Positions 41,865-57,337 are shown, counted from the stretch's first letter. The stretch is 64,000 nucleotides of DNA from Ignavibacteriota bacterium (GCA_963787835.1 CAWBEI010000004.1:256001-320000); one strand, 5' to 3'. Notes: a model not told the origin generated them from the sequence alone. A program made the numbers and translations.

Positions 41865-43985
41865 ATGGCTATGAAACGGTTATTTTTTCTTGTTGCGGTG
41901 GTTACGCTTGCTTTTGGTGGATTGCCGGCTGCGAAGGCACAATGGCAGCCAATGAATGGTAACGGCGGATGCGTGGTCACAAGCTTCGCCGTGAACGGAA
42001 CTAACCTTTTTGCTGGAACGAATGATGGCATTATCCTCTCAACAGATTTAGGCCACAGTTGGACGGTCGTCGATTCCGGTGTGGCGGATAGTAGCGTGAC
42101 CGCACTCGCAATAATCGATTCAACACTTTTTGTTGGAACAGAAGGTGGTGGTTCTCGATCAAATGATACCGGGAACAGCGGGGTAAAGATCGATTTTATT
42201 GGTTTTACTTCGTACGCAGTCATGGGTTCGAACATCTTTGGTGCCGTGGGAAACAGTGTTTGTCGATCGACGGATAAGGGAAAGACATGGACCACCTGTG
42301 GCATAACACAGTTCCCTTACACGGTCTTCGACGGCCATACTGTTTATTCGCTTGCCGCCAGTGGTAATCGACTTTTCGCTGGAACCGAAGCTGGTGTTTT
42401 TCTTTCTTTCGATACTGGAAAAACTTGGGGGACACCTGATGCGCGGCTTCCGGATTCATGCATGCTTCTGAGCATGGTGGTAAAAGGAGGTGTTCTTTAT
42501 GTAGGAACTGATACCAGCGGTATTTGGACTACGCCTGCTGCCTCGACCTTTTGGAACCGCATCGATAACAACCGGGCACCACTTCGCTGGGTAACTGCGC
42601 TCGTTTGGAACGGAAATGAGTTCTGGGCTGGAACGGATAACGGGGTTTTCGTTTCTACCGATATTGGTACAAGCTGGACGTCCCGAAACTCTGGATTGGG
42701 TAATTTACATGTCCAATGCCTGACTTTTGTCGGCTCAACACTTTTTGCCGGAACAAGAGGAAATGGGATATTTAGCTCCATCGATAGCGGCACTACTTGG
42801 GTCTCATGCAATACTGGGGTAACGGGTCTTTACGTCCGTAGTCTTTTTTTTAGCCAGAATACGCTTTTTGCGGGCATGGTCCCAGGAAATAACTATGATC
42901 AAGGAGGGCCTGTACGTTCGACAGATGAGGGAATGAGTTGGACCTGCGTTAGCCCTGGTACTCGGTCGGATAATGTCACAGCTTTCGACACGATTGGCAA
43001 TCATCTCTTGATGGCAACGGTCTTTTCCGGGGTATATTTATCCCAGAACGAAGGCGAATCCTGGTTCTCGGCGGATAGCGGATTGGAAAATAACACTATT
43101 TTCAGCTTTGCGACGATGGGAACATTTGTATTTGCTTCAAGTCTTGAAGGAACGTTCTTGTCTATGGATTCGGGGGCAAGCTGGACTCTTCTCGACTCAG
43201 AGATAAGATATCCCGAGAATTTGGCTGCTATGGCGAGTATTATATTTTTGGGAACCGAGGAGGATGGGGTGTTCCGCTCGATGGATAGCGGCAAACATTG
43301 GTCGCATGTAAATAATGGTTTATCAGATACACTTGTTTTATCCCTAACTACAATCGGCCAAGATTTATTCGCAGGAACAGAAAACGGGGTTTTTCTTTCC
43401 ACCGACAGCGCTAGAACTTGGGAGTCCGTCAGTAATGGTTTACCGGATGGAGTTTATGTCTACCACTTTGCATCGTTTGGAACAAATCTTTTTGCCAGCG
43501 TAGATGGCGGGGTATATTACACAAGTGACTTTGGAGCAAATTGGATATCGGTTAGTGATGGATTACCATCCGAATTGACCTATGAAGGAGGTGTCCAGTA
43601 TTTCGCGATTGATAGCACCTACCTCTTTGCTGGGTATGCTACAGAATATGGCGCTGCTAGCGGTATTTATCGTCGCCCTCTTTCCGAAATGGTAAATACC
43701 AACGCTGTCGTTGCCGAATCAGAAGTCCATTCTTCCTTCTCCACCTACCCAAACCCATTCACTCAATCCACAACGATCACTATTTCGCCAACCGAAAGTG
43801 GTATAACGGGAATATCAGTTGTGAACCTTTTAGGCCAGGAAGTTGCGCGGATTTATGATGGCGAGTTAAGTGTCGGCGAGCACACCTTCACGTGGAATGC
43901 AAGCAACATGCCGCCGGGAATGTACGAATGTATCGTGCGAATGAATGGGCGAATGGAGCAGCAACCAATAGTTGTGATGCGATAA
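41865..43985 (+). CDS. Secreted BNR/Asp-box beta-propeller protein with T9SS CTD
   Basis: Signal peptide, repeated LFAGT..GVF.S.D.G..W, YPNPF...VVNLLG...GMYEC CTD; paralog of 5388..7466. Confidence 0.88.
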   Translation: MAMKRLFFLVAVVTLAFGGLPAAKAQWQPMNGNGGCVVTSFAVNGTNLFAGTNDGIILSTDLGHSWTVVDSGVADSSVTALAIIDSTLFVGTEGGGSRSNDTGNSGVKIDFIGFTSYAVMGSNIFGAVGNSVCRSTDKGKTWTTCGITQFPYTVFDGHTVYSLAASGNRLFAGTEAGVFLSFDTGKTWGTPDARLPDSCMLLSMVVKGGVLYVGTDTSGIWTTPAASTFWNRIDNNRAPLRWVTALVWNGNEFWAGTDNGVFVSTDIGTSWTSRNSGLGNLHVQCLTFVGSTLFAGTRGNGIFSSIDSGTTWVSCNTGVTGLYVRSLFFSQNTLFAGMVPGNNYDQGGPVRSTDEGMSWTCVSPGTRSDNVTAFDTIGNHLLMATVFSGVYLSQNEGESWFSADSGLENNTIFSFATMGTFVFASSLEGTFLSMDSGASWTLLDSEIRYPENLAAMASIIFLGTEEDGVFRSMDSGKHWSHVNNGLSDTLVLSLTTIGQDLFAGTENGVFLSTDSARTWESVSNGLPDGVYVYHFASFGTNLFASVDGGVYYTSDFGANWISVSDGLPSELTYEGGVQYFAIDSTYLFAGYATEYGAASGIYRRPLSEMVNTNAVVAESEVHSSFSTYPNPFTQSTTITISPTESGITGISVVNLLGQEVARIYDGELSVGEHTFTWNASNMPPGMYECIVRMNGRMEQQPIVVMR

Positions 43986-43986
43986 C

Positions 43987-44214
43987 TTACCGTTCCCGAA
44001 AGGAAGCCATGTATTTGGGGAGATCATAGATGGAATCCTCTTCGGCATACCCTTTCATAAAGGCTTCGTACTCTCCTCGGCGGACTTCACTATCGTCTTC
44101 GTGAACAGGGGGCAGAATGATCACCTTCACCTTTTCGCCCGTATGAAACGGCAGGTGATCGAGATGAAGCTCGCCCTCTCGGCGAATGATGGTTTCGGTA
44201 CTGAATGTCTGCAT
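43987..44214 (-). CDS. Small antitoxin-like protein (AbrB/DUF104-like), no partner toxin
   Basis: TII..EGELHLDHLPF.TGEKVKVIIL...EEDSIYD pattern; ATG 44214. Confidence 0.55.
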   Translation of the reverse strand: MQTFSTETIIRREGELHLDHLPFHTGEKVKVIILPPVHEDDSEVRRGEYEAFMKGYAEEDSIYDLPKYMASFRER

Positions 44215-44260
44215 GATTTTACTAACAAGAAACGCCGGATGCCGTTCCATAACGAGAACC

Positions 44261-44947
44261 TTACGTCAGCCGCCGCAGTCCCAGCCGGTGCATGGTTCCC
44301 TGCTTGGCGTCGTGGCGGCGGAAGAGAAAGGTGAGTACCACGCCGGTAAAAAATCCCCCGATGTGGGCCATGTACGCGATGCCGCCTCCGGTAGTGCCGG
44401 CATTTTCATACTGCGACGTCCAGCCGGAGAGGAGTTGTGTAACGATCCACAATCCCAGCACGAACTCCGCCTGCATATTGACGATGAATGGAAAAAAGAT
44501 GAGCACGCGAACCCGGTTGTGCGGGAACAGAATCAGATATGCTGCCAGCACACCCGCAATAGCTCCGGAAGCGCCGAGGTTCGGTATGTGGGAATCCGGC
44601 ATGGCATACGTTTGCGCCAGCATCGCAGCAATGCCGCATGTGAAATAAAAGATGATGTATTTAAATTTCCCGAGATTATCCTCGACATTATCGCCAAAGA
44701 CGTATAGATACAGCATGTTCCCAAAGATATGCGCCACGCCGCCATGCAGGAACATCGAGGTGATGACCGTATAAAATGGCTGACGTCCCGCGATGAAATC
44801 CGCCGGGATCAGTGAATACTGATGGACGAAATCATTCCCGCCGGACAGTTCCAGCAGATACACCAGAACATTGATGGCGATGAGAGCCGTCGTTACGACG
44901 GGATAGGAAACTCGCTGGCTGTTGTCGTCACCAAGAGGGAGCAGCAT
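44261..44947 (-). CDS. Rhomboid family intramembrane serine protease
   Basis: TSMFLHGG..HIFGNM, GASGAI (Ser), AHIGGF (His). Confidence 0.95.
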   Translation of the reverse strand: MLLPLGDDNSQRVSYPVVTTALIAINVLVYLLELSGGNDFVHQYSLIPADFIAGRQPFYTVITSMFLHGGVAHIFGNMLYLYVFGDNVEDNLGKFKYIIFYFTCGIAAMLAQTYAMPDSHIPNLGASGAIAGVLAAYLILFPHNRVRVLIFFPFIVNMQAEFVLGLWIVTQLLSGWTSQYENAGTTGGGIAYMAHIGGFFTGVVLTFLFRRHDAKQGTMHRLGLRRLT

Positions 44948-44996
44948 AAACTACGATTTACAGGATTTTGCGGATGTTCAGGATGGATTTGGGGGA

Positions 44997-45911
44997 TTAG
45001 TGAGCAGTGGAATCGATGGAGATGAGCGTGAGGGTGCGTTTATCAAACGAATTATCGAGATTTCTGCCAGCGATACGGCGACCGGTTGAAGTTCGTGAAA
45101 TTATGAGTCCGTCTGAGGAACGAATATCCTGCAACTCGTCAGACTGACCCTTGGAGATAAGTTCTCCATCACCGACTTGATAATTCGTTATTTCCGTTTC
45201 AAGTTTGTATTGTCCCGCCTTGCGGTCAGCGGCATCTTGATGAATAGAATAATCGTTGTGGTATGAATTGTAATTTTGGCCAGCAGGTTTCTGGTTCGGA
45301 GAGCTTGCAGTGTGGGTTAAGTAAAAAGTATGAGGATGGGAGATCTTAGTTGAACTATCCTGCCATTTCACTCCTGCTCGAACCTCTGATTTGATTGGTC
45401 TCGTGCTAAGTAATTGCGACATCCCAGAAATGATTGCTACGCTGTCCGGTGGTGCTTTAGCCAAATTTTTGGGATCCTTCCACCCTATTTGGTTCAAACT
45501 GTCCTGTGGAGAGCGGTGCAATATCTCGCCGCTCAGGTACCTTCCATACCGATCCACTTTTACTCGATATAGGGGAATTTGCAAAGTAAGCCCACCCTGA
45601 GTTACTCCTTCGCCACCATCTCCGCCTTTAAAATCGTGCGTTTCTTCATTTTGGATGACAAGCGTTGCGTTGTCAAGTGAATCAACGTTCTCGACCGTAA
45701 TATGAATATCCTCTATCCGATCCCAATTGTGTTCCATTAGACCGGGCGGATTATCCGGATTGCGGAATTCATCGATCTTCTTGTAATGCAAAACTTCCCC
45801 CGCCTTAAAATGATACGCAAGATCAACCGGTGCCGGTGAAGTGGCCTGCCCGAACGCCACCGAAGCAGGGAATCCCAGTACCACGATTATCAGGATGTTG
45901 CGGATGTTCAT
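44997..45911 (-). CDS. Secreted paralog-array protein, unit 4 (DUF6263-like), intact
   Basis: Signal peptide ...AFG-Q, PVDLAYHFKAG.VLHY, ITVE.VD...NATL, C-terminal KRTLTLISIDSTAH. Confidence 0.85.
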   Translation of the reverse strand: MNIRNILIIVVLGFPASVAFGQATSPAPVDLAYHFKAGEVLHYKKIDEFRNPDNPPGLMEHNWDRIEDIHITVENVDSLDNATLVIQNEETHDFKGGDGGEGVTQGGLTLQIPLYRVKVDRYGRYLSGEILHRSPQDSLNQIGWKDPKNLAKAPPDSVAIISGMSQLLSTRPIKSEVRAGVKWQDSSTKISHPHTFYLTHTASSPNQKPAGQNYNSYHNDYSIHQDAADRKAGQYKLETEITNYQVGDGELISKGQSDELQDIRSSDGLIISRTSTGRRIAGRNLDNSFDKRTLTLISIDSTAH

Positions 45912-45926
45912 GATGGATTTTTTGGA

Positions 45927-46848
45927 TTAATGAGCGGTGGAATCGATGGAGATGAGCGTGAGGGTGCGTTTCAAATATAACTTACCAACATCACCCATTC
46001 CTCCAATTGGCCGATCCATTTGAGTACGGGCAGGTCGTGAGTCCGTCAGATGAGCGAATGTGTTCATCTTCATCGTTAAGTCCTTTAGAAAGAAGCATCC
46101 CATCTGACACTTGGTAGTGGGTACATTGTGTCGCCAGATCAAATGTTCCTGCATTTCGATCTTTCCCATTTTGCTTAACGACATAGTCATAACGGTCTGC
46201 ATTGTAGCTTGGTTTGGGAGCGGGTTGATCCTCTGCGGGGCTTGCGGAATGATCCAACGCGTAGTGTATTGTATGGGAATGTTGACTGGAACTATCTATC
46301 CATTTCGCACCTATCTGCACTCCATTTCTTGCGGGCCTCGGACAAAGCACTTCTTGAAAATCGAGTTTGATCCTTGAGCTGTCTGGCATTGCCCATCCAT
46401 TATAGTTTGGATCTTTCATCTGTTCGTGAAAGAGACTATCCTAAGGCGAGCGTCGCAACATCTCACCTCTAAGATATTTTCCAAAACGATTAATCGTTAC
46501 GCGATAAAGAGGAATGTCCTGAGCAAGTCCGCCCTGGGTTACACCAGTAGGATCATCTCCACCCTTGAAATCGTACGATTCCGTGTTCTGTATAACAAGA
46601 GTTGCGTCGCCGATAGAATCAACTTTTTCAACAGAAATGTCAACATTCTCCTTTACGTCAAAATTTTCTTCCTGATAACCTCCTGGATTATCCGGGTTCC
46701 GCATCTCATCCAGGCGCTGATAATGCAAAACTTCCCCCGCCTTAAAATGATATGCAAGATCAACCGGCGCCGGTGAAGTGGACTGCCCGAACGCCAGTGA
46801 GGCGGGGAATACCAGAACCACGATTATCAGGATGATGCGGATTTTCAT
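45927..46848 (-). pseudogene. Paralog-array unit 3, interrupted by an in-frame TAG (46441-46443) and a +1 frameshift (~46029)
   Basis: RRSP-TAG-DSLFHEQMKDP aligns with HRSPQDSL of the paralogs; an extra C in TGCCCGT shifts the last ~33 codons. Confidence 0.75.
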
Positions 46849-46863
46849 GATGGATTTTTTGGA

Positions 46864-47793
46864 TTAATGAGCGGTGGAATCAATGGAGATCAGCGTAAGG
46901 GTGCGTTTATCAGAGATATTTTCACGATCTTTGTTGATTTTAATTCCGGGCACCGCTTTTTCCAATTGAGTACGCTTTAAGGTAATTCCATCGCTTGACC
47001 GAATTTCCTGATCTTCATCTGTAGTAAACTGCGATAATAATTGCCCTTGCGAAACTTGATAGTTCATCGTTTTCGTAACAAAGTGGTATTTGCCAGCAGT
47101 GCGATCTTCCGCATCCTGAGCGGTCTTATAATCATAATGATGAGAAAAGTAACTTGGAAGTGGTGGAGGCTCCTCTTTCGCAGGTGCGGCCGTGTGATTG
47201 AAATAAACGACATGGTTATGTGAAATCTGGGCCACACTATCCTGCCAGGTTGTACCAATTTGAACTCCTGTTCGAGCAGGTCTCGTCGAAAAGGCCTCGC
47301 CTATAAAAAGATTTATTATGGAACTATCAGTACGCGGTGTAATATTCCATCGTGGGTCTTTCATGTGCTCATGTTCTAAGCTATCTTGCGATGAGTAACG
47401 CAATATTTTCCCGCTAAGATATTTTCCATACCGATCTACGGTGACTCGGTAGAGAGGAATATCTTGTGCGATAATACCCACAGCTTGTTGGAATCCGTTA
47501 TCACCATTTTTGAAATCGTAAGATTCCTCATTCTGGATAACGAGGGTTGCATCCCCAACTGAATCTACTTTTTCAACCGTGATATGAATGTCATCTTTTG
47601 TATCATAATTCCCTTCCATGTAGCCGGGTGGATTATCCGGATTCCGACATTCATCCAGCCGTTGATAATGCAACACGGTTCCCGCCTTGAAATGATACGC
47701 AAGGTCAACCGGCGCCGGTGAAGTGGACTGCCCGAACGCAAGTGAAGCAGGGAACACCAGAACCACGATTATCAGGATGTTGCGGATTTTCAT
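46864..47793 (-). CDS. Secreted paralog-array protein, unit 2, intact
   Basis: Same conserved N- and C-terminal blocks as unit 4, divergent core. Confidence 0.87.
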   Translation of the reverse strand: MKIRNILIIVVLVFPASLAFGQSTSPAPVDLAYHFKAGTVLHYQRLDECRNPDNPPGYMEGNYDTKDDIHITVEKVDSVGDATLVIQNEESYDFKNGDNGFQQAVGIIAQDIPLYRVTVDRYGKYLSGKILRYSSQDSLEHEHMKDPRWNITPRTDSSIINLFIGEAFSTRPARTGVQIGTTWQDSVAQISHNHVVYFNHTAAPAKEEPPPLPSYFSHHYDYKTAQDAEDRTAGKYHFVTKTMNYQVSQGQLLSQFTTDEDQEIRSSDGITLKRTQLEKAVPGIKINKDRENISDKRTLTLISIDSTAH

Positions 47794-47808
47794 GATGGAT
47801 TTCTGGGA

Positions 47809-48726
47809 TTAATTAGCAGTGGAATCGATGGAGATGAGCGTGAGGGTGCGTTTCAAGAAGGAATTATCGAGATTTCTGCCAGCGATACGGCGACCGGTTG
47901 AAGTTCGTGAAATTATGAGTCCGTCTGAAGATCGAACGTCTTGCACTTCGTCATCTGTGCCTTTCGAAATAAGTTCTCCTTCAACGACTTGATAATTTGT
48001 TGTTTCCGTTTCAAGTTTGTATTGTCCCGCCTTGCGGTCAGCTGCATCTTGCTCGATAGTGTAATCGTTGTGATATGCTTTATAATTCGGGCCGGCAGGT
48101 TTCTGGTTCGGTGAGCTCGCAGTGTGGTTAAAATAAAATGTAGTTGGATGGGTTATCTTGGTTGAACTATCCTGCCATTTCACTCCTGCACGAACCTCTC
48201 CTTTGGTTGGTCTCGTGCTAAGTAATTGCGTCATTCAGGAGATGATCGATACGCTGTCCGGTGGCGCCTTGGCCAAATTTTTGGGATCCTTATACCCTAT
48301 TTGCCACATGCTGTCCTGTGGAGAGCGGTGCAATATCTCGCCGCTCAGGTACTTTCCATATTTATCCACTTTTACTCGATACAGCGGAATTTCCAAAGTA
48401 AGCCCTCCCTGAGTTACTCCCTCGCCACCATCTCCGCCTTTAAAATCGTGCGTTTCTTCATTATGGATGACAAGCGTTGCATTGTCGAGTGAATCGACGT
48501 TCTCGACGGTAATATGAATATCTTCTATCCGATCCCAATTGTGTTCCATAAGACCGGGCGAATTATCCGGATTGCGGAATTCATCGATCTTCTTGTAATG
48601 CAGCACGGTTCCCGCCTTGAAATGATACGCAAGGTCAACCGGCGCCGGTGAAGTATTCTGTGCAAACACAGTGGAAAATGAAGCAAGCACGATCACACAA
48701 CAAATGCCGATTATTTTCATAGCCAC
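47809..48726 (-). pseudogene. Paralog-array unit 1, interrupted by an in-frame TGA (48235-48237)
   Basis: DSVSIIS-TGA-MTQLLSTRP aligns in frame with DSVAIISGMSQLLSTRP of unit 4. Confidence 0.78.
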
Positions 48727-48760
48727 AAATTCTTAATTCTCAATTCTTAATTGATAATTG
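48727..48760. repeat. AT-rich heptamer-type repeat between tRNA-Val and the array
   Basis: AAATTCTTAATTCTCAATTCTTAATTGATAATTG. Confidence 0.65.
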
Positions 48761-48766
48761 AAACAG

Positions 48767-48841
48767 TGGGCATTACAGGGTTCGAACCTGTGACCTTTCG
48801 CGTGTGAGGCGAATGCTCTGGACCAGCTGAGCTAAATGCCC
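48767..48841 (-). tRNA. tRNA-Val(CAC)
   Basis: Reverse complement GGGCATTTAGCTCAGCTGG...TTCGC-CTCACAC-GCGAA...GGTTCGAACCC...AATGCCCA. Confidence 0.95.
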
Positions 48842-48941
48842 GGACGTGCCGTATAGCTCGGCTCCTAACTTCTATGCGTTTGGGGTGGTTCCGAACCGAG
48901 CAACGAACTGTAATAGAAATAATTGGTTTATAGAGTCTATA

Positions 48942-49220
48942 ATGATAGGGAACATGCTTGCTATCGTAGAAGCACATCCACTGCAGGATTTCAAGCTTGC
49001 TCTTACCTTCAATAATGGCAAGAGCGGGACGGTGGATCTTGCCAAAATTTCCCGAACCGGCGTGTTCGAAGCCTGGAACGACCCATCCTTTTTTCGGAAA
49101 GTGTTCGTTCATCCCGAATTCAGAACCGTCACCTGGCCCGGCGATCTGGATCTCGATCCTTATGTGCTCTATGCCCAAATGACAGGAAGTTCCATTGAGG
49201 AAGTGTTGGCGAGTGTCTAA
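48942..49220 (+). CDS. DUF2442 domain protein (putative antitoxin)
   Basis: IVEAHPL..FKL.LTFNNG..G.VDL...GVF...DP.FF.KV.V...TVTWP.DLDLDP..LY; start 48942 or 48954. Confidence 0.88.
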   Translation: MIGNMLAIVEAHPLQDFKLALTFNNGKSGTVDLAKISRTGVFEAWNDPSFFRKVFVHPEFRTVTWPGDLDLDPYVLYAQMTGSSIEEVLASV

Positions 49221-49222
49221 CG

Positions 49223-49483
49223 ATGCCTGAAATTTCTCGATTCTTTGGCATCGTCGTTCTCCTAAATTACAACGATCATACTCCTCCGCATTTTCATGCG
49301 CTGTCCGGCGATGAAGAAATTTTGGTTGGCATTAACGATCTTCAAATAATTCGTGGCAGCATGTCCGCGCGCAATACACGTCTTGTGATGAAGTGGGCTG
49401 CGCTCCATAAGGAGGAATTAGTGCATGCCTGGAATGAGGCACAAGCGCATCATGTGCCCGGTCGAATTGAGCCGTTGCATTGA
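49223..49483 (+). CDS. DUF4160 domain protein (putative toxin)
   Basis: MPEISRFFGIV...NDH.PPHFHA...WA.LH.EEL...W...IEPL. Confidence 0.92.
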   Translation: MPEISRFFGIVVLLNYNDHTPPHFHALSGDEEILVGINDLQIIRGSMSARNTRLVMKWAALHKEELVHAWNEAQAHHVPGRIEPLH

Positions 49484-49523
49484 TTACATGAAACCGAATT
49501 AACTACAAATTCGGAAATTCCCG

Positions 49524-49549
49524 TGTGACATTGCGGCGGGTCGGGCGTT
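49524..49549 (+). promoter_or_regulatory. ECF-sigma-like promoter TGTGAC-N16-CGTT
   Basis: Upstream of a structured ~190-nt leader and a Spy/CpxP-like gene. Confidence 0.4.
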
Positions 49550-49742
49550 ATACCACTGAGGCCGATGATACGGCAGGTTCGAATAGGGAATGGTCATCCA
49601 CACTATTCTGATCCGCCGGATCATCCACCACAGGTCATGGGTCGGTTTGCGATAAGCCTGATCTAACAACGCGGGGTACGCACTTGCTTTAATAAGTGCG
49701 CATCTGAATCACATTCACTTTATTATTAGTACGAGGTCTGCA

Positions 49743-50531
49743 ATGAAAAGACTACTCGGAGCGCCCCTTCTCGCTCTTTTTGTAACATTACCGCTCGCGT
49801 TGGCGAGCTGCTCCAACCCAAGTTCCGCGCCCGGAACTTATGGAACTACGATCACTGCGTCGGATTATTCCGCGACGGTGTTCTTTAACACGCAATCGCT
49901 CGGGGATACGTCGAGCATTCCATTCCCGTTCTGTTTTCCAGTGCAATATCTGCAGCTAAAACTTGGGCTGACAGATACACAGGTTCTGGCGATACAGAAT
50001 TTACAGGATTCTCTGCGGCTTGCGCTTCAAAACCAGATCGCAGCATTGGAAGCTTCGGGGAAGCTTACACGGGATTCCGTGAGGTCGTTGCGGTTAGAAT
50101 ACCAAACGGATCTTTATACCGGCATCGCGGGGATTCTGACGCCCGCTCAGCTTACGGCGCTTCAGTCGCTCCAGCCACCGCTTGGCCCGCCGGATCAATT
50201 TGGCCGAGGTCCGATTCCCGGTTTTCGCGGAAGGGGCGGACACGATCCATACGATACCGCGCAGGTGAATCTAACTCCAGCACAGCTCGATAGCCTTGCG
50301 CTTGCTCATCTGGAAACCAAACTTGCCGCCGCCGGCGACACATTGACGGCCAGCCAGATCACCCTGATCCAGAATTTGCAGGCGACGCTACTGGCCGATA
50401 CTACACTCACCCCGCAAGGTCGGGCGGCAGAATTCCAGACTCAAATTCAAACGATCCTTACGGCGAAGCAGCTTGCGGTACTGCAACGGCTTGCGGGTGG
50501 GTTCGATCCCTGGCGCCGCAGACACCGGTAG
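49743..50531 (+). CDS. Lipoprotein with duplicated Spy/CpxP-like LTxxQ helical repeats
   Basis: Lipobox LASC; LGLTDTQ, ILTPAQ, LTPAQ, LTASQ, ILTAKQ motifs; G/R/P-rich linker. Confidence 0.7.
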   Translation: MKRLLGAPLLALFVTLPLALASCSNPSSAPGTYGTTITASDYSATVFFNTQSLGDTSSIPFPFCFPVQYLQLKLGLTDTQVLAIQNLQDSLRLALQNQIAALEASGKLTRDSVRSLRLEYQTDLYTGIAGILTPAQLTALQSLQPPLGPPDQFGRGPIPGFRGRGGHDPYDTAQVNLTPAQLDSLALAHLETKLAAAGDTLTASQITLIQNLQATLLADTTLTPQGRAAEFQTQIQTILTAKQLAVLQRLAGGFDPWRRRHR

Positions 50532-50608
50532 AGCCGGGAATTCTTAGAAAGTGTTTCATAAGAGGAAAGGGAGATGAGTTCCTGAGCGGGAATTCTCTCA
50601 GAAGAAAG

Positions 50609-50643
50609 AATGGGGACGCTACGATAGCGATCCCCATTTTTTT
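50609..50643 (+). terminator. Putative intrinsic terminator
   Basis: AATGGGGACGCTA-CGA-TAGCGATCCCCATT followed by a T-run. Confidence 0.65.
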
Positions 50644-50889
50644 ACATTTTTCGCCATTTGTCTGTATTCTTCAACATTTATATAATTTATTGTTCGTTTT
50701 CTTGCTTCTGGGATTTTTCTGTTGTATCTTTGTAGAAGTTTAGTGGATTCAGGTAAGCCCGATGGATCATTTTGTCTATTTGTCTATGCCCGAATCCGGC
50801 ATTTAAGTTTAGTTAGCGGAGGGGTTTTATTAGTTTGCTTCTATCAGAATCCCCTTGGTGTACTTTTTAACGCTTCACATTCTATTACT

Positions 50890-57303
<6,414 letters not shown>

Positions 57304-57337
57304 TATTTTTTAATCACATCTCGAGAGAGAGTTCACT

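Noticed and set aside
46441-48237. Genetic-code reassignment (TGA=Gly, TAG=Gln) or selenocysteine explaining the in-frame stops
   Set aside because: TGA and TAG serve as normal stops elsewhere in the window (comF, tig, accD, panC, lptB), the aligned residues are not Cys, and both stops are one substitution from GGA or CAG.
44997-48726. Cassette array as an integron, shufflon or DGR target
   Set aside because: There is no integrase, invertase or RT in the window, no attC-like palindromes in the 15-nt spacers, all units are co-oriented, and differences are not adenine-specific.
48747-49178. ORFs overlapping tRNAs (48747..49178, 16918..17142, 28602..28838)
   Set aside because: They run through clear tRNA genes or lie opposite real CDSs, so they are treated as spurious.
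50722-50889. 56-aa N-terminal extension of the fibre ORF from TTG 50722
   Set aside because: A canonical signal peptide begins at ATG 50890, and the upstream stretch is AT-rich and promoter-like.
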